Source of the DNA: Candidatus Omnitrophota bacterium
GTDB taxonomy: Bacteria > Omnitrophota > Gorgyraeia > Zapsychrales > Fredricksoniimonadaceae
NCBI GenBank assembly: GCA_903908245.1
Contig: CAIVRE010000020.1
Span: 2,758 to 66,757 of the forward strand
Length of the DNA stretch: 64,000 bases
Direction of reading: 5' to 3'
How positions within the stretch are numbered: the stretch's first letter is position 1; every line of letters starts with the position of its first letter. Below the pieces are notes generated by a model. The model worked only from the letters and a program-made list of their open reading frames with translations. It was not told where the DNA came from and ran no database searches. The position numbers and the translations under genes were made by a program. This document shows positions 10,238 through 21,078 of this stretch, piece after piece.

Positions 10238-10245
10238 GATTTCCT

Positions 10246-10336
10246 ATCAAATCTTAATTGATTAAACATCAATAGATATACGACAAGAAGCCAAAAAATA
10301 CAAGAACTATTTTTATCTTTCATCAAATTATTTGAT
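10246..10336 (-). promoter_or_regulatory. Putative sigma70 promoter of the tra operon with ATCAA/TTGAT inverted repeats
   Basis: Minus strand TTGTAT-N17-TATATC; palindrome ATCAAATTATTTGAT at 10322-10336. Confidence 0.45.
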
Positions 10337-10349
10337 TTATTAACAACTA

Positions 10350-11645
10350 CTACGAAGTATGCGACGAGGATCGAAGAATTTGCTCACGCAACAAAACGAA
10401 CTCACCGGGGTCTTGAGGAAAAGGAATATAACAAAAATGCAGTCCGCCATGGATCGCGCTCACCGAATGGCCTTTATCATCAAATAACTCTTTTACTTCA
10501 AGCGCAACATTCCTGTCGGGAAGGCAGAGCTCATACGCCTGCCCGCATTTGATCGGATTGCGCGGCTCGACCTTGAGCATTTTCTTGATCTGGTCATACC
10601 CCCTCACAATACCGGTAAAACGATACCCGCTGTACGCTGAATTGCTGTTGGAATACTCAACAGCGCCGGGGCCAGGATCACCGTGCAGGAACCCTTCGGT
10701 AAACCCACGCGCAGAGGTCGCAAAAATATCGCTCATATGCTCTTCATTGAACGGCTGGCCCTTAACAAGATCATCGATCGCCCGGCGATACGCCCGTGTG
10801 ACCATGGCTATATAATAAACCGTCTTGGAACGCCCTTCCACCTTGAACGCACCAATCCCCGCCGCCTGAAGCTCCCCCAGGCACCTGATCGCGCACAGGT
10901 CTTTGGCATTCATCAGGTACGCTCCATGCTCATCCTCCTCGATGGGAAAAAGCATCCCCTTGCGCTCCGACTCCTCCAGGTAAAACTCATCCTTGAGCGG
11001 CACATAATCGTCGCCATGCTTTGTCTTGGCCACCTTATACTGCCAGCGGCAGGAATTGGTGCAAACACCCTGGTTGGAATCGCGATGGGTCAAATAATTG
11101 GAAATAAGGCAGCGCCCGGAATAGGCGATACACACCGCGCCGTGCACGAACGACTCAAGCTCAAGCCCGGGGCAGGCATCGCGAATGACTTTCATTTCAG
11201 CTATCGATATTTCACGGGAAAGGATGATCCGGCTCGCGCCAATGTTCTGCCAGAATTTAGCCGACGCATAGTTGATCACATTAGACTGGACCGAAATATG
11301 AATTGCTTCCGACGGGAAATGCTCACGCATCAGCATGATGAGCCCCGGGTCCGCCATGATCCAGGCATCGGGCTTGCAGGCCGAACAGATATCTTTCACC
11401 AAACGGATAAAACCAGGGACCTTGCTGTTATGGGAAAGAATATTGGCCGTAACATAAACCTTCCGGCCCAGGCGATGCGCGTAAGCCACCGCTTCCGCGA
11501 CTTGCGCAACGTCCTTAAACCCGTTCTCCCTCGCGCGCAGTGAAAAACGCGGGATCCCCAGATACACCGCATCCGCGCCGAACGCGAAAGCATAGCGCAT
11601 CTTTTCCATGTCACCGGCGGGGATCAAAAGCTCGGGGATGCGCAC
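10350..11645 (-). CDS. U32 family peptidase-like tRNA hydroxylation protein (TrhP/YegQ)
   Basis: PELLIPAG, GADAVYLG, FVHGAVCIAYSGRCLIS, CTNSCRW, FKVEGRSK. Confidence 0.85.
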   Translation of the reverse strand: MRIPELLIPAGDMEKMRYAFAFGADAVYLGIPRFSLRARENGFKDVAQVAEAVAYAHRLGRKVYVTANILSHNSKVPGFIRLVKDICSACKPDAWIMADPGLIMLMREHFPSEAIHISVQSNVINYASAKFWQNIGASRIILSREISIAEMKVIRDACPGLELESFVHGAVCIAYSGRCLISNYLTHRDSNQGVCTNSCRWQYKVAKTKHGDDYVPLKDEFYLEESERKGMLFPIEEDEHGAYLMNAKDLCAIRCLGELQAAGIGAFKVEGRSKTVYYIAMVTRAYRRAIDDLVKGQPFNEEHMSDIFATSARGFTEGFLHGDPGPGAVEYSNSNSAYSGYRFTGIVRGYDQIKKMLKVEPRNPIKCGQAYELCLPDRNVALEVKELFDDKGHSVSAIHGGLHFCYIPFPQDPGEFVLLREQILRSSSHTS

Positions 11646-11648
11646 AGA

Positions 11649-13592
11649 TCAATCGCCCTTGAACTGCTTGAGAGCCTCCGCCTGAAACCCGGGAGGCATA
11701 TGGTCGAAACGGGTAAAAACACTCATGCTGCTTTTCATGGTCCTGATAAAAGGCGTTCCGTTAACAACGCGAATGCCTTCTTCTTTCTTGGTATCATAAA
11801 CCAGCATACACGGGTCAAATGCCCCTCGGGGAAGCGGCGCGCTGGCTGATGGATTGTCCACCTTGACATGCTCTATCCGTAAATTCCTGACCCCTGCTTC
11901 TTTTATAAAGACCCACATCGGATATTCCCAGGAATCCCCCGTCAAGACCAGTCCGATATCCTTGCACTGGTATTGCGTCACTTGCTGGCTCAAAGCCACG
12001 TATACCGGATACACCGCCGACCAATGGTTGAAATACTGCTGTTCCCTTGAAACATTGAAAATATTCTTCTGTGCGATCAAAGGCCGCACGGAATTGCCGA
12101 ATACCCATGGCAATGCCGCAACCAGTAAAAAGCCCGATACAACGACCGCCGCCTTGCGGCTGACGGCATTCTCAAGGACCAGCGCCGCCCATGGAGCCAG
12201 CAACACAAAGACCGGTAAATGATAACGGCAACTGAATGGAGACCACTGGACCATCACAACAAACAAAACAAATCCCGCTATAACCGCCAATGCATATTCT
12301 TTGGCAACGGACGGAACCTTGCGCGCATACCGCCAGGCCAAAACCCCGGCGATCAAATACAACAGCAAGTGGGCTGCGTTACCCGCCACATCCTCATTAA
12401 GAGGAGAATGCAGGTCAAACGGGGCCGCCTCCCCCATCAAGGCCCGCGCATCATTGCTCTGGCCGATACCCCCAAGGATCCCGTTCACGCCTGATGAAAC
12501 AAACCTGTTCGCGCCATCCCATGGCGTCGAAAGCTGCATACCCGCGCTCCGCACCATATTCCCCAGTGTTCGTCCACCCAGGTCGCTCCAGGAAAGGACA
12601 TGGGCTGATTCAGACGGAGGAATGATCGTCCGGGTCAACGACAGATTACGGGTGTAATAAAACACATTCAACCCCAGCGCCAACAAAAGAATACCTGCCG
12701 CCAACAAGATACCCTTTAGAGCTCCATTTTTCCTGGCGATCATCACAGCAAACCATCCCAACAGCACCAGGCCGTAAAAATATGGGGTCCCCTTTACAAA
12801 GAACGCCAGTCCAAGAGCCACACTAGCGGAAAACAAGAAAAACCGACGGCCCGTGCGGACAAAGAGCAATCCGGAAACAACGAACGCAATAAGTCCCAGC
12901 GCTGCCAGATAATCATTCTGCGTGCTGTTAGACTGAAGGATCCCCATCGGGATCGCTGCCGCTATGGCCACAGACATCACCTGCCCCAACCGCCCTGCTC
13001 CCAAAAGCTGGGCGATCAAAGAAACCCCTGCCAGGCTCAACACCATCGCGCCCCATTGCACCACAGGCGCCCAGCGGTCCCCCCCGGACAGGATCTGAAA
13101 ATGCAGGATACAATAAGACCCGAACGCAGGCAAATTCAACTGTTTGATCATGGATGTCGGATAGTTTGCCACCGTTCCGTCCTGGATCCAATGCATGACC
13201 CTCGCCATATGCGTCGTCATCGAATCCCATGTGTTGGGAGGCGCGACCACAGCAATTAAAAAACTTGCCGCAACGATCCCTGCTGCCCCCCATAACAACC
13301 CCGTTTCAAAACGGTCAAAAGAAACCGCCCCAAAAGACCGGACATCTTTCTTACTGCCACGATACCTGATCCACGATCCCAATCCGGCGCACACCGATAA
13401 CCACCAAACAAACACCGGCCAGAAACTCAACCCCTGGAACATACTTAACAATTCTGTCGCGCATAACAATAAGCCGCCCCACAGGACAGCGCCCAAGAGG
13501 ACAGCCGTACGGCGCATACCGGCCTCCGCCGGCAAAAACTGCCAGCAAAAGAACATGCAGAGGAGCAATGCAACAATAAGGATCCCTGTCAT
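11649..13592 (-). CDS. GT-C (ArnT/PMT-like) membrane glycosyltransferase
   Basis: 647 aa polytopic; PPNTWDSMTTHMARVMHWIQ, STQNDY motifs. Confidence 0.65.
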   Translation of the reverse strand: MTGILIVALLLCMFFCWQFLPAEAGMRRTAVLLGAVLWGGLLLCATELLSMFQGLSFWPVFVWWLSVCAGLGSWIRYRGSKKDVRSFGAVSFDRFETGLLWGAAGIVAASFLIAVVAPPNTWDSMTTHMARVMHWIQDGTVANYPTSMIKQLNLPAFGSYCILHFQILSGGDRWAPVVQWGAMVLSLAGVSLIAQLLGAGRLGQVMSVAIAAAIPMGILQSNSTQNDYLAALGLIAFVVSGLLFVRTGRRFFLFSASVALGLAFFVKGTPYFYGLVLLGWFAVMIARKNGALKGILLAAGILLLALGLNVFYYTRNLSLTRTIIPPSESAHVLSWSDLGGRTLGNMVRSAGMQLSTPWDGANRFVSSGVNGILGGIGQSNDARALMGEAAPFDLHSPLNEDVAGNAAHLLLYLIAGVLAWRYARKVPSVAKEYALAVIAGFVLFVVMVQWSPFSCRYHLPVFVLLAPWAALVLENAVSRKAAVVVSGFLLVAALPWVFGNSVRPLIAQKNIFNVSREQQYFNHWSAVYPVYVALSQQVTQYQCKDIGLVLTGDSWEYPMWVFIKEAGVRNLRIEHVKVDNPSASAPLPRGAFDPCMLVYDTKKEEGIRVVNGTPFIRTMKSSMSVFTRFDHMPPGFQAEALKQFKGD

Positions 13593-13621
13593 AACCTCAA
13601 TCTTTCCTGTTGTAAGTCATC

Positions 13622-14479
13622 TCAACCCAATGACGGCGAAAACCCGTCGAGCGAATCCAGGGTGAACTCAATGCCTGCCGTATCCGTATGCCGCCGGGCC
13701 AGGCCAGCCGGCGGAACAACAACCAGCCTGATCATATACACGCTGCTGGATCCATAATACAGGCGGAATGTTGAACCGGGATGAAAAACAGGGCTTCTTA
13801 AAACCTTTTGCAATTTAGGAAAAAGGCGCTGCAACAGATACTTGACCCGGCCCTGGGCCGCAATATCACGCAATAATATTTCATCGACCAGTATCTCCTC
13901 CCCCAGCCAGCCCTTCCTGAAATCTCCCTCGCCCTGGACAATGACCTTTACACTGATCTCGCCGGCAAAAGACAGGGGGGTCTTTTCGATCAAACGCCCC
14001 ATCAACTGGCCTGTCATATCCCAGGCCTTCACCATATCAAGGAATTCTCCCGCCTGTTGAACAGCCCCCTCTCCCTCCAATACCGGGAACCACTGCAACC
14101 ACGCCGCGCTGATCCTAGCCCAGATATCCCCCAAAGACGGATCCACTCCGACGGCTCTGTGCATTATATTGCTGACCTCGACCCGCGCGTCATAGGGGAT
14201 CTCTTTAATAAAGCGGGCCTCAAGGGCCGAAGAGGGGTCTTTCGGGTGACGATGCCATACATAGAGCATGGTGCCATCACTCCTGATGATCATCCCGCTG
14301 GAAGCGCCAGGCTTCTGCAAAGGCACAACCAGCCCGTCGTCAACGATCACCTCGACCGGATCAATGCCATGGTCCATTGCCGAAGGAAGGCTCATGGTGA
14401 CCGCGTGATGGCTAAGCCGACGGGGAAATCTCCCCTCATCGACAAACCCGAACTCCTGCAACCGGCCTTGAGGGATCAT
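13622..14479 (-). CDS. Hypothetical protein
   Basis: 285-aa ORF coupled (ATGA) to the upstream gene; no recognised motif. Confidence 0.55.
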   Translation of the reverse strand: MIPQGRLQEFGFVDEGRFPRRLSHHAVTMSLPSAMDHGIDPVEVIVDDGLVVPLQKPGASSGMIIRSDGTMLYVWHRHPKDPSSALEARFIKEIPYDARVEVSNIMHRAVGVDPSLGDIWARISAAWLQWFPVLEGEGAVQQAGEFLDMVKAWDMTGQLMGRLIEKTPLSFAGEISVKVIVQGEGDFRKGWLGEEILVDEILLRDIAAQGRVKYLLQRLFPKLQKVLRSPVFHPGSTFRLYYGSSSVYMIRLVVVPPAGLARRHTDTAGIEFTLDSLDGFSPSLG

Positions 14480-14670
14480 CCTTTTACCGACTCCATGAAT
14501 TTGGCTTTGCTGCGGTCAAACGTTTTCTCTGCATCCCGCGGGAAAAAACACCCCGGGATCGCCCCTTTGGCACGGTGGTAAGTCACACATTCACAACAGA
14601 CCCCTTTGCGTGAACATCCCGGATATGTGCATGTGCAATCTTTTAAATTATGCTCTTTCAGGCATTCCAT
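14476..14670 (-). CDS. Small Cys-rich protein (DUF6485-like)
   Basis: CTCTYPGCSRKGVCCECVTYH..PGCFFP..EKTFDRS; GAGGGG SD. Confidence 0.75.
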   Translation of the reverse strand: MECLKEHNLKDCTCTYPGCSRKGVCCECVTYHRAKGAIPGCFFPRDAEKTFDRSKAKFMESVKG

Positions 14671-14703
14671 ATTCCCCTCACATATCCAGGCCAAGGATTA
14701 AAA

Positions 14704-14736
14704 CAAAAGCCCCGCTGTCAAAACACGGGGCTTTTG
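14704..14736. terminator. Intrinsic terminator downstream of fba
   Basis: CAAAAGCCCCG-loop-CGGGGCTTTTG hairpin. Confidence 0.7.
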
Positions 14737-14753
14737 ATCATTTCAACCACATC

Positions 14754-15764
14754 TTATACCCTGCCGGCAGAACCAAGAACTTTCTCGTTCTTCTGCTTGT
14801 AAACCGAGACCAACGCGTCACGCGCGGGGCCGAGGTATTTGCGCGGGTCAAATTCCGCGGGAGCTTCCGCAAAAACCTTACGGATGACCGCTGTCATCGC
14901 GAGGCGACCGTCGGAATCGATATTGATCTTGCACACCGCCGACTTGGCCGCGCGGCGCAGCTGCTCTTCAGGGATCCCAACCGCCGCCTGCAGCTTACCG
15001 CCGAATTTATTGATCATCTGCACATATTCCGGCATGACCGAGCTCGACCCGTGCAGGACGATGGGAAAACCGGGGATACGCTTCTCGATCTCTTCAAGGA
15101 TATCAAAACGCAGCGGCGGCGGGACCAGCACACCCGTTTTGGGATCAAGCGTGCACTGGGAAGGCTTGAACTTATAGGCGCCATGCGATGTGCCGATCGA
15201 AATAGCCAGCGAATCAACGCCGGTCTTCTTTACAAAATCCTCAACCTGGTCCGGATGCGTATACACCGACGCCGCGGCCACCACATCATCCTCGATCCCG
15301 GCCAGAACACCCAGCTCGGCTTCCACCGTAACATCATGTTTGTGGGCGAACTCTACCACCTGCTTGGCGAGTTCGACATTCTTCTCGTAGGGATAGTGGG
15401 AACCATCGATCATAACCGACGAGAATCCGGACTCAATACACTGCTTGGCTAATTCAAAAGTGTCTCCATGGTCCAGATGCAGAGCGATCGGGATCTCTTT
15501 AAGATTCTTGGCCTTGGCCATCTCTTTCATCATCTCGACCGCACCTTTGGCCATCCAGGTCAAAAGCGTGGCATTGGCATATTTACGCGCACCCGAAGAA
15601 ACCTGCAGGATCACCGGTGACTGCGTCTCAACGCAGGCCGTAATGACCGCCTGGATCTGCTCCATATTGTTGAAATTATACGCGGGAATGGCATAGCCAC
15701 CCTTGAACGCCTTCTGGAACATTTCTTTTGTATTTGAAAGACCAAGCTCCTTGTACGAAACCAT
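14754..15764 (-). CDS. fba: Class II fructose-bisphosphate aldolase
   Basis: ALHLDHG, SSVMIDGS, EAELG, IGTSHGAYK, IVLHGSS, KINIDSD. Confidence 0.95.
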   Translation of the reverse strand: MVSYKELGLSNTKEMFQKAFKGGYAIPAYNFNNMEQIQAVITACVETQSPVILQVSSGARKYANATLLTWMAKGAVEMMKEMAKAKNLKEIPIALHLDHGDTFELAKQCIESGFSSVMIDGSHYPYEKNVELAKQVVEFAHKHDVTVEAELGVLAGIEDDVVAAASVYTHPDQVEDFVKKTGVDSLAISIGTSHGAYKFKPSQCTLDPKTGVLVPPPLRFDILEEIEKRIPGFPIVLHGSSSVMPEYVQMINKFGGKLQAAVGIPEEQLRRAAKSAVCKINIDSDGRLAMTAVIRKVFAEAPAEFDPRKYLGPARDALVSVYKQKNEKVLGSAGRV

Positions 15765-15795
15765 AAAGACTCCTATCGTTGATTAGTTATTAAGA

Positions 15796-16593
15796 TCAAT
15801 AAAGGCCGTAACCACCCATAATAATATCAATAAGCCGTTCGCCCCAGAAAAGGCTGACCAGCGCCCCGATCACAAGATACGGCCCGTAGGCGATCGTACT
15901 GTCCTTGGTACGGATCTTCTCGATGATCCCCACGACCGCGCCGAAGAACGGAGCAACAAAAAATGTCAACAGCGCCATTTTCCACCCCATGAACGCGCCA
16001 ACCATTGCCATCAGCTTCACATCCCCGCCGCCCATGGCTTCTTTCTTGAAGATCCACTCGCCCAAAAGCCCCATCAGGTAAATGGACCCACCGCCGACCA
16101 GAACCCCGAGCCCGGAATACAGCAGGGCCTGCCACCAGACAGCCGTATGATGCAACTGAGGGACCAAAGGGCTGATAATAAGCCCTGCCACCATCCCCCC
16201 CACACTGACCTCATCGGGGATGATCCGCTCGTCAAAGTCCGTGAACGTCGCCACAATAAAGCAAGACAACATTATCAGATACGGCAAAAGCTCCAGCGTA
16301 AGGCCATAATACATATAAAGGCCAAAGAAAACACAGCCGGTCAGCAGCTCGATAAAGAAATACCTGACAGAGAACGGAGCGCCACACGCGCGGCATCTCC
16401 CGCGCAAAAGCCAATAACTGATCAGCGGAATATTATCATACCACTGGACCGGCTTGCCGCACTTAAAACAATGCGAACCAGGGGAAACAACAGACTGTTC
16501 TTTAGGAAGGCGGACAATGCAGACATTAAGAAAACTGCCGATCATGGCCCCGGACAAAAAGAACAATACACGGTAAAAGAGATCGATCGTCAT
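15796..16593 (-). CDS. pilD: Prepilin peptidase
   Basis: GSFLNVCIVRLP, CxxC pairs, DNIPLISY, MGGGDVKL. Confidence 0.95.
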   Translation of the reverse strand: MTIDLFYRVLFFLSGAMIGSFLNVCIVRLPKEQSVVSPGSHCFKCGKPVQWYDNIPLISYWLLRGRCRACGAPFSVRYFFIELLTGCVFFGLYMYYGLTLELLPYLIMLSCFIVATFTDFDERIIPDEVSVGGMVAGLIISPLVPQLHHTAVWWQALLYSGLGVLVGGGSIYLMGLLGEWIFKKEAMGGGDVKLMAMVGAFMGWKMALLTFFVAPFFGAVVGIIEKIRTKDSTIAYGPYLVIGALVSLFWGERLIDIIMGGYGLY

Positions 16594-17459
16594 GACTTCG
16601 TATAACACGCCTTGTATAGTTCATCCCACATCTTCTTCTTCAGCGGCTCCGACAACTGGATCTCCGCCCAATGCTGGAATGCCAGCACCCCCTGATAAAA
16701 AAGCATTTTAAGGCCGTTGACCGTCTTTGCGCCTTTGGACTTTGCCAGCTTCAGCAACTTTGTTTCCGAAGGATTATACACCAGATCATAAACCATTAAA
16801 TGCGAATGTAATAATTCTTCGTTGACCAGGCATGGATCGGAATTGTTCATCCCTATCGGTGTTGCATTGATCAAAAGGTCCGCCAGCTCAATATTAAGCT
16901 CGTCAATAGTCCCCACCACCTTCACGCAACCGACATCAATACGGGCTCCGAGGTCACGCACCAGGGCATTGACCCTCCGGGGGTCGATATCATAGATCAG
17001 GATCGATGCCGGACGGGTATCAATAAGGCAAAGGCTTGCCACAACAGCCCGCGCCGCGCCACCCGCGCCAAGGATCGACACCCTTTTCCCTGACGGATCA
17101 AACCCTTCTTCGGTCAGATGCGCCAGGAACCCGGGGCCGTCCGTATTATACCCTTTCAAACGGCGGGCGGCATCAATGACCACCGTGTTAACCGCTCCCG
17201 CTTTCTGCGCGAACCCGTCAACAGCATCAAGAAAAGGGATCACCGCCTCTTTATGAGGAACGGTCACATTCAGACCGAAAATATGACTATCTTTTTCCTT
17301 AAGGGCATTGAAGAACGCGCCGAGCTCCTCCTGCTTCATCGGAAAAAGACAGTACTCGGCATCCACCTCCAGCGCCTTGAACGCCGCATTATGCATGACC
17401 GGTGACAAGCTGTGCCCCAACGGATACCCGACAAGGCCATAAGTGGACTTCAATGTCAT
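16590..17459 (-). CDS. aroE: Shikimate dehydrogenase
   Basis: HSLSPVMHN, NVTVPHKE, GAVNT, GYNTD, GAGGAA; start overlaps the leuA stop. Confidence 0.95.
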   Translation of the reverse strand: MTLKSTYGLVGYPLGHSLSPVMHNAAFKALEVDAEYCLFPMKQEELGAFFNALKEKDSHIFGLNVTVPHKEAVIPFLDAVDGFAQKAGAVNTVVIDAARRLKGYNTDGPGFLAHLTEEGFDPSGKRVSILGAGGAARAVVASLCLIDTRPASILIYDIDPRRVNALVRDLGARIDVGCVKVVGTIDELNIELADLLINATPIGMNNSDPCLVNEELLHSHLMVYDLVYNPSETKLLKLAKSKGAKTVNGLKMLFYQGVLAFQHWAEIQLSEPLKKKMWDELYKACYTKS

Positions 17460-19015
17460 GGCTGCAACCCGAACGCAATATCGTTCTTCCTGGTCTTCGC
17501 TTTGGCCGCGGCGCATTTCTTGTTCACCGCATTGAGATACGCTTTCACCGATGCTTCAATAACATCCGTCGAAGCCCCGACGCCCGTGATCTCGTCGCCG
17601 TCAAAATCCACACGCACACGCACTTCTCCCTGGGCATCCTGCCCCTCGGTAACCGACTGAATGCCGTAATTGAGCAGTTTGCCCTTCAAACCGGTGATCG
17701 CATCGACCGCCACATAACAGGCGTCAACCGGGCCGTCACCGGTAGCATTGGCGGTAAAACTTTTTGCACCGCACTTCAAGCACACTTCCACTTTAGGCTT
17801 GATCGCCGTCCCGCTGGTGACCACCAGGGACCCCAGCGACCAGACATCTTTCACTTCCTGGACCTCGTCCGCAACGATCGCGATCAGGTCCTCGTCAAAG
17901 ACCTCTTTTTTCTTGTCCGACAGGTCCTTGAACCGCCCGAACGCCTTATCCAGCTCCTGGTCATTGAGTTCTATATTCAGCTGCTTGAGCCTGGCCTTCA
18001 GCGCATGACGGCCGGAATGTTTGCCCATCACCAGGCCCACACCCGTGAACCCCACATCTTCAGGCCTGATGATCTCATAAGTCGTCGGCTCTTTCAATAC
18101 ACCGTCCTGATGGATCCCCGACTCATGCCGAAAAGCATTGGCCCCCACGATCGCCTTGTTCGGCGCGATCACAAAACCCGTATGCTTGCTGACCAGCCGT
18201 GAAACACGGCAGATCTCCTGCGCCTTGATGCCTGTCGATACGCCAAAATAATCCTGGCGGGTCCGCAAGGCCATCACCACCTCTTCCATCGAGGTATTCC
18301 CCGCGCGCTCGCCGATACCATTGACCGTACACTCTATCTGACGGGCACCGCACCTGACCGCCGCCAAAGAATTGGCCACCGATAACCCCAGGTCATCATG
18401 ACAATGCACCGAAATGACCGCCTTGCCGATATTCGGCACATTATTCCTTATATCCAGGATCAACTGGCCATACTGTTCAGGCATCGCGTAACCGACAGTA
18501 TCGGGGATGTTAACGGTTGTTGCTCCAGCTTTTATAACAGCCTCCAGGACACGATACAAAAAGATCTTGTCACTGCGGGAAGCATCCTCCGGCGAGAACT
18601 CGACATCCGCTGCGAACTTCTTCGCGTACTTGACGGCGTCCACCGCGATCTGCACGATCTCGTCAGGTGACTTCCTCAACTTGTGCTCCATATGGATCTT
18701 GGACGTCGCCAGAAAAACATGAATGCGCGGATGCCTCGCGGCTTTCAGCGCCTGGGCCGCGGCATCAATATCTTTCTTGACGGAACGGGCCAATCCGGCC
18801 ACCGACGCCTTCTTTGCCATCCTGGCTACCGACACAACAGAGTCAAAGTCACCCTTTGAAATGACCGGGAACCCGGCTTCAATAATGTCGACGCCCATAC
18901 GCTCCAGCGCCTGCGCCACTTCCATCTTCTCGCGCTGGTTCATGCTGGCGCCCGGAGCCTGCTCTCCGTCGCGCAATGTCGTATCGAATATCAATACTTT
19001 ATCTGTTTTTCCCAT
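17456..19015 (-). CDS. leuA: 2-isopropylmalate synthase
   Basis: DTTLRDGEQ, HCHDDLG, GIGERAGN, HESGIHQDG, C-terminal regulatory domain. Confidence 0.95.
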   Translation of the reverse strand: MGKTDKVLIFDTTLRDGEQAPGASMNQREKMEVAQALERMGVDIIEAGFPVISKGDFDSVVSVARMAKKASVAGLARSVKKDIDAAAQALKAARHPRIHVFLATSKIHMEHKLRKSPDEIVQIAVDAVKYAKKFAADVEFSPEDASRSDKIFLYRVLEAVIKAGATTVNIPDTVGYAMPEQYGQLILDIRNNVPNIGKAVISVHCHDDLGLSVANSLAAVRCGARQIECTVNGIGERAGNTSMEEVVMALRTRQDYFGVSTGIKAQEICRVSRLVSKHTGFVIAPNKAIVGANAFRHESGIHQDGVLKEPTTYEIIRPEDVGFTGVGLVMGKHSGRHALKARLKQLNIELNDQELDKAFGRFKDLSDKKKEVFDEDLIAIVADEVQEVKDVWSLGSLVVTSGTAIKPKVEVCLKCGAKSFTANATGDGPVDACYVAVDAITGLKGKLLNYGIQSVTEGQDAQGEVRVRVDFDGDEITGVGASTDVIEASVKAYLNAVNKKCAAAKAKTRKNDIAFGLQP

Positions 19016-19034
19016 ATCGATCTCCAGTCTATAT

Positions 19035-19064
19035 AAAAACGCCCCGTTATAACGGGGCATTTTT
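19035..19064. terminator. Hairpin/terminator between ilvC and leuA
   Basis: GCCCCGTT-AT-AACGGGGC flanked by A and T runs. Confidence 0.6.
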
Positions 19065-19087
19065 AAAGATCACCCTCAGGTTATAAC

Positions 19088-20080
19088 CTATTTTTTGATC
19101 CAGGACATCATGCCCCGAAGTCGCTTGCCAACTTCTTCGATCTGATGTTTGTCCTGGTCCGCACGCATCTTGAGAAAATCTGCACGGCCCTTCTTGTTCT
19201 CTTTCATCCACTCACGGGCAAACTTCCCGCTCTGGATCTCTTTTAAAATCTTTTGCATTACCTTCTTGGTCTTGTCCGTTACAATGCGCGGGCCGCGGCT
19301 ATAGTCGCCATATTCAGCGGTATCCGACACACGCTTGCGCATCCCGGCAATGCCCTCTTCATAAATAATATCAACAATAAGCTTTAACTCATGTAAACAT
19401 TCAAAATAAGCCATCTCCGGCGCGTAACCAGCCTCGACAAGTGTCTCAAAACCAGCCTTGATCAGCGCGCTGGTTCCGCCGCAAAGGACAACCTGCTCGC
19501 CGAAAAGATCGGTCTCAGTCTCTTCCTTAAATGTTGTCTCAAAAACACCCGCACGGCTTCCGCCCAGACCTTTGGCATAAGCCAAAGCCTCTTTAAGCGC
19601 GTTGCCGGAAGCATTCTGATGGATCGCCACAAGGCACGGGACGCCTTTCCCTTCTTCATACTGACGACGAACAAATGAACCCGGCCCCTTGGGAGCCACC
19701 ATCCAGACATCAATATCCGCCGGAGGCTTGATCTGGCCAAAATGAATGTTAAACCCGTGTGAAAAAACCAGCGCCTTGCCCTTCTTCATATAACGGCGCA
19801 GCTGCTTCTTGTAGATCTCGGCCTGCAAATGATCCTGGGTCAAAATAACAATAATATCGGCTTTCTGCGCGGCTTTCCCGGCATCCATCGGCTTGAACCC
19901 GTCGTCAATAGCCTTCTGATAATTAGGGCCGCCTTCACGCTGTCCGATAATGACATTCAAGCCGCTATCACGCAAATTAAGCGCCTGGCCGCGGCCCTGA
20001 ATGCCATAGCCAATGATCGCAATGGTCTTGTTCTTTAACACATTCAAATCCGCATCCTGATCATAATAGATCTTTGGCAT
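19088..20080 (-). CDS. ilvC: Ketol-acid reductoisomerase
   Basis: [30 protein letters not shown]. Confidence 0.97.
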   Translation of the reverse strand: MPKIYYDQDADLNVLKNKTIAIIGYGIQGRGQALNLRDSGLNVIIGQREGGPNYQKAIDDGFKPMDAGKAAQKADIIVILTQDHLQAEIYKKQLRRYMKKGKALVFSHGFNIHFGQIKPPADIDVWMVAPKGPGSFVRRQYEEGKGVPCLVAIHQNASGNALKEALAYAKGLGGSRAGVFETTFKEETETDLFGEQVVLCGGTSALIKAGFETLVEAGYAPEMAYFECLHELKLIVDIIYEEGIAGMRKRVSDTAEYGDYSRGPRIVTDKTKKVMQKILKEIQSGKFAREWMKENKKGRADFLKMRADQDKHQIEEVGKRLRGMMSWIKK

Positions 20081-20094
20081 AAAACATTCTTTCT

Positions 20095-21078
20095 TTAACG
20101 TAACATGTTGATTAGTCGATACCGTTCCTGATAAATATCATTGATCCGCTTCCTGGCATCCGCCAGCGGAATAATATTGATCTTGTTCTGCATAACGCCT
20201 ATCGCTTTCCCGTAATTTCCCTTCAACAGCTCTTCCACCGCCGCGACACCCAAACGAGTCGACAAGATACGGTCGAACGCGCAGGGATTTCCCCCGCGCT
20301 GAACATGTCCAAGGACAACAGAACGAGCCTCAAAACCGGTCATGTTTGTGATCGTTTCCGCCAGGACATTGGCCTTGATCACCCCTTCGGAAACAACAAC
20401 GATCCAGCTGATCTTGCCTTTCTTCGCACCCTGGGAGATCCTGCTGCACATCTCCTTATAATCCGGCTTGGCTTCCGGGACCACCACATCTTCCGCTCCG
20501 GAGCTTAAAGCAACCTCCATCGCAATGTATCCCGAGCGATTCCCCATCACTTCAACAATAAAAATGCGCTCCATGCTGTGCGCGGTATCCCGGATCTTGT
20601 CGATCGCGTCCACCGCCGTATTGATCGCGGTATTACAACCGATGGTCTGGTCTGTCCCGTGGAGATCATTATCGATCGTCCCCGGAATGCCTACCGTCGG
20701 AACGCCCCATTTGTTATAAAGCTCACTCGCCCCAAGATACGATCCATCCCCACCAACCACCACCAACGCGTCGATCTTGTGCCTCTTCATTGTGTTAAGG
20801 GCTTTCTTCTGCCCGGCCTCGGTCCGGAATTCCGGCGAACGCGCCGTCTTCAGAATAGTACCCCCGCGGCCAATAATACCGGAAACCGAACGACGATCCA
20901 TTTCGATCAGGTCATTATCAATAAGGCCCTGGTAACCCCGCAATATCCCTTCGACTTTAAGGCCACAACTGATCGCCGAACGGACGATCGCCCGTACCGC
21001 CGCATTCATACCCGGGCCATCCCCGCCTGAACACAGAACCCCGATCTTTTTGATTGATGTCTTTTTAATCATGATCAA
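20095..21078 (-). CDS. pfkA: 6-phosphofructokinase
   Basis: [34 protein letters not shown]. Confidence 0.95.
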   Translation of the reverse strand: MIMIKKTSIKKIGVLCSGGDGPGMNAAVRAIVRSAISCGLKVEGILRGYQGLIDNDLIEMDRRSVSGIIGRGGTILKTARSPEFRTEAGQKKALNTMKRHKIDALVVVGGDGSYLGASELYNKWGVPTVGIPGTIDNDLHGTDQTIGCNTAINTAVDAIDKIRDTAHSMERIFIVEVMGNRSGYIAMEVALSSGAEDVVVPEAKPDYKEMCSRISQGAKKGKISWIVVVSEGVIKANVLAETITNMTGFEARSVVLGHVQRGGNPCAFDRILSTRLGVAAVEELLKGNYGKAIGVMQNKINIIPLADARKRINDIYQERYRLINMLR

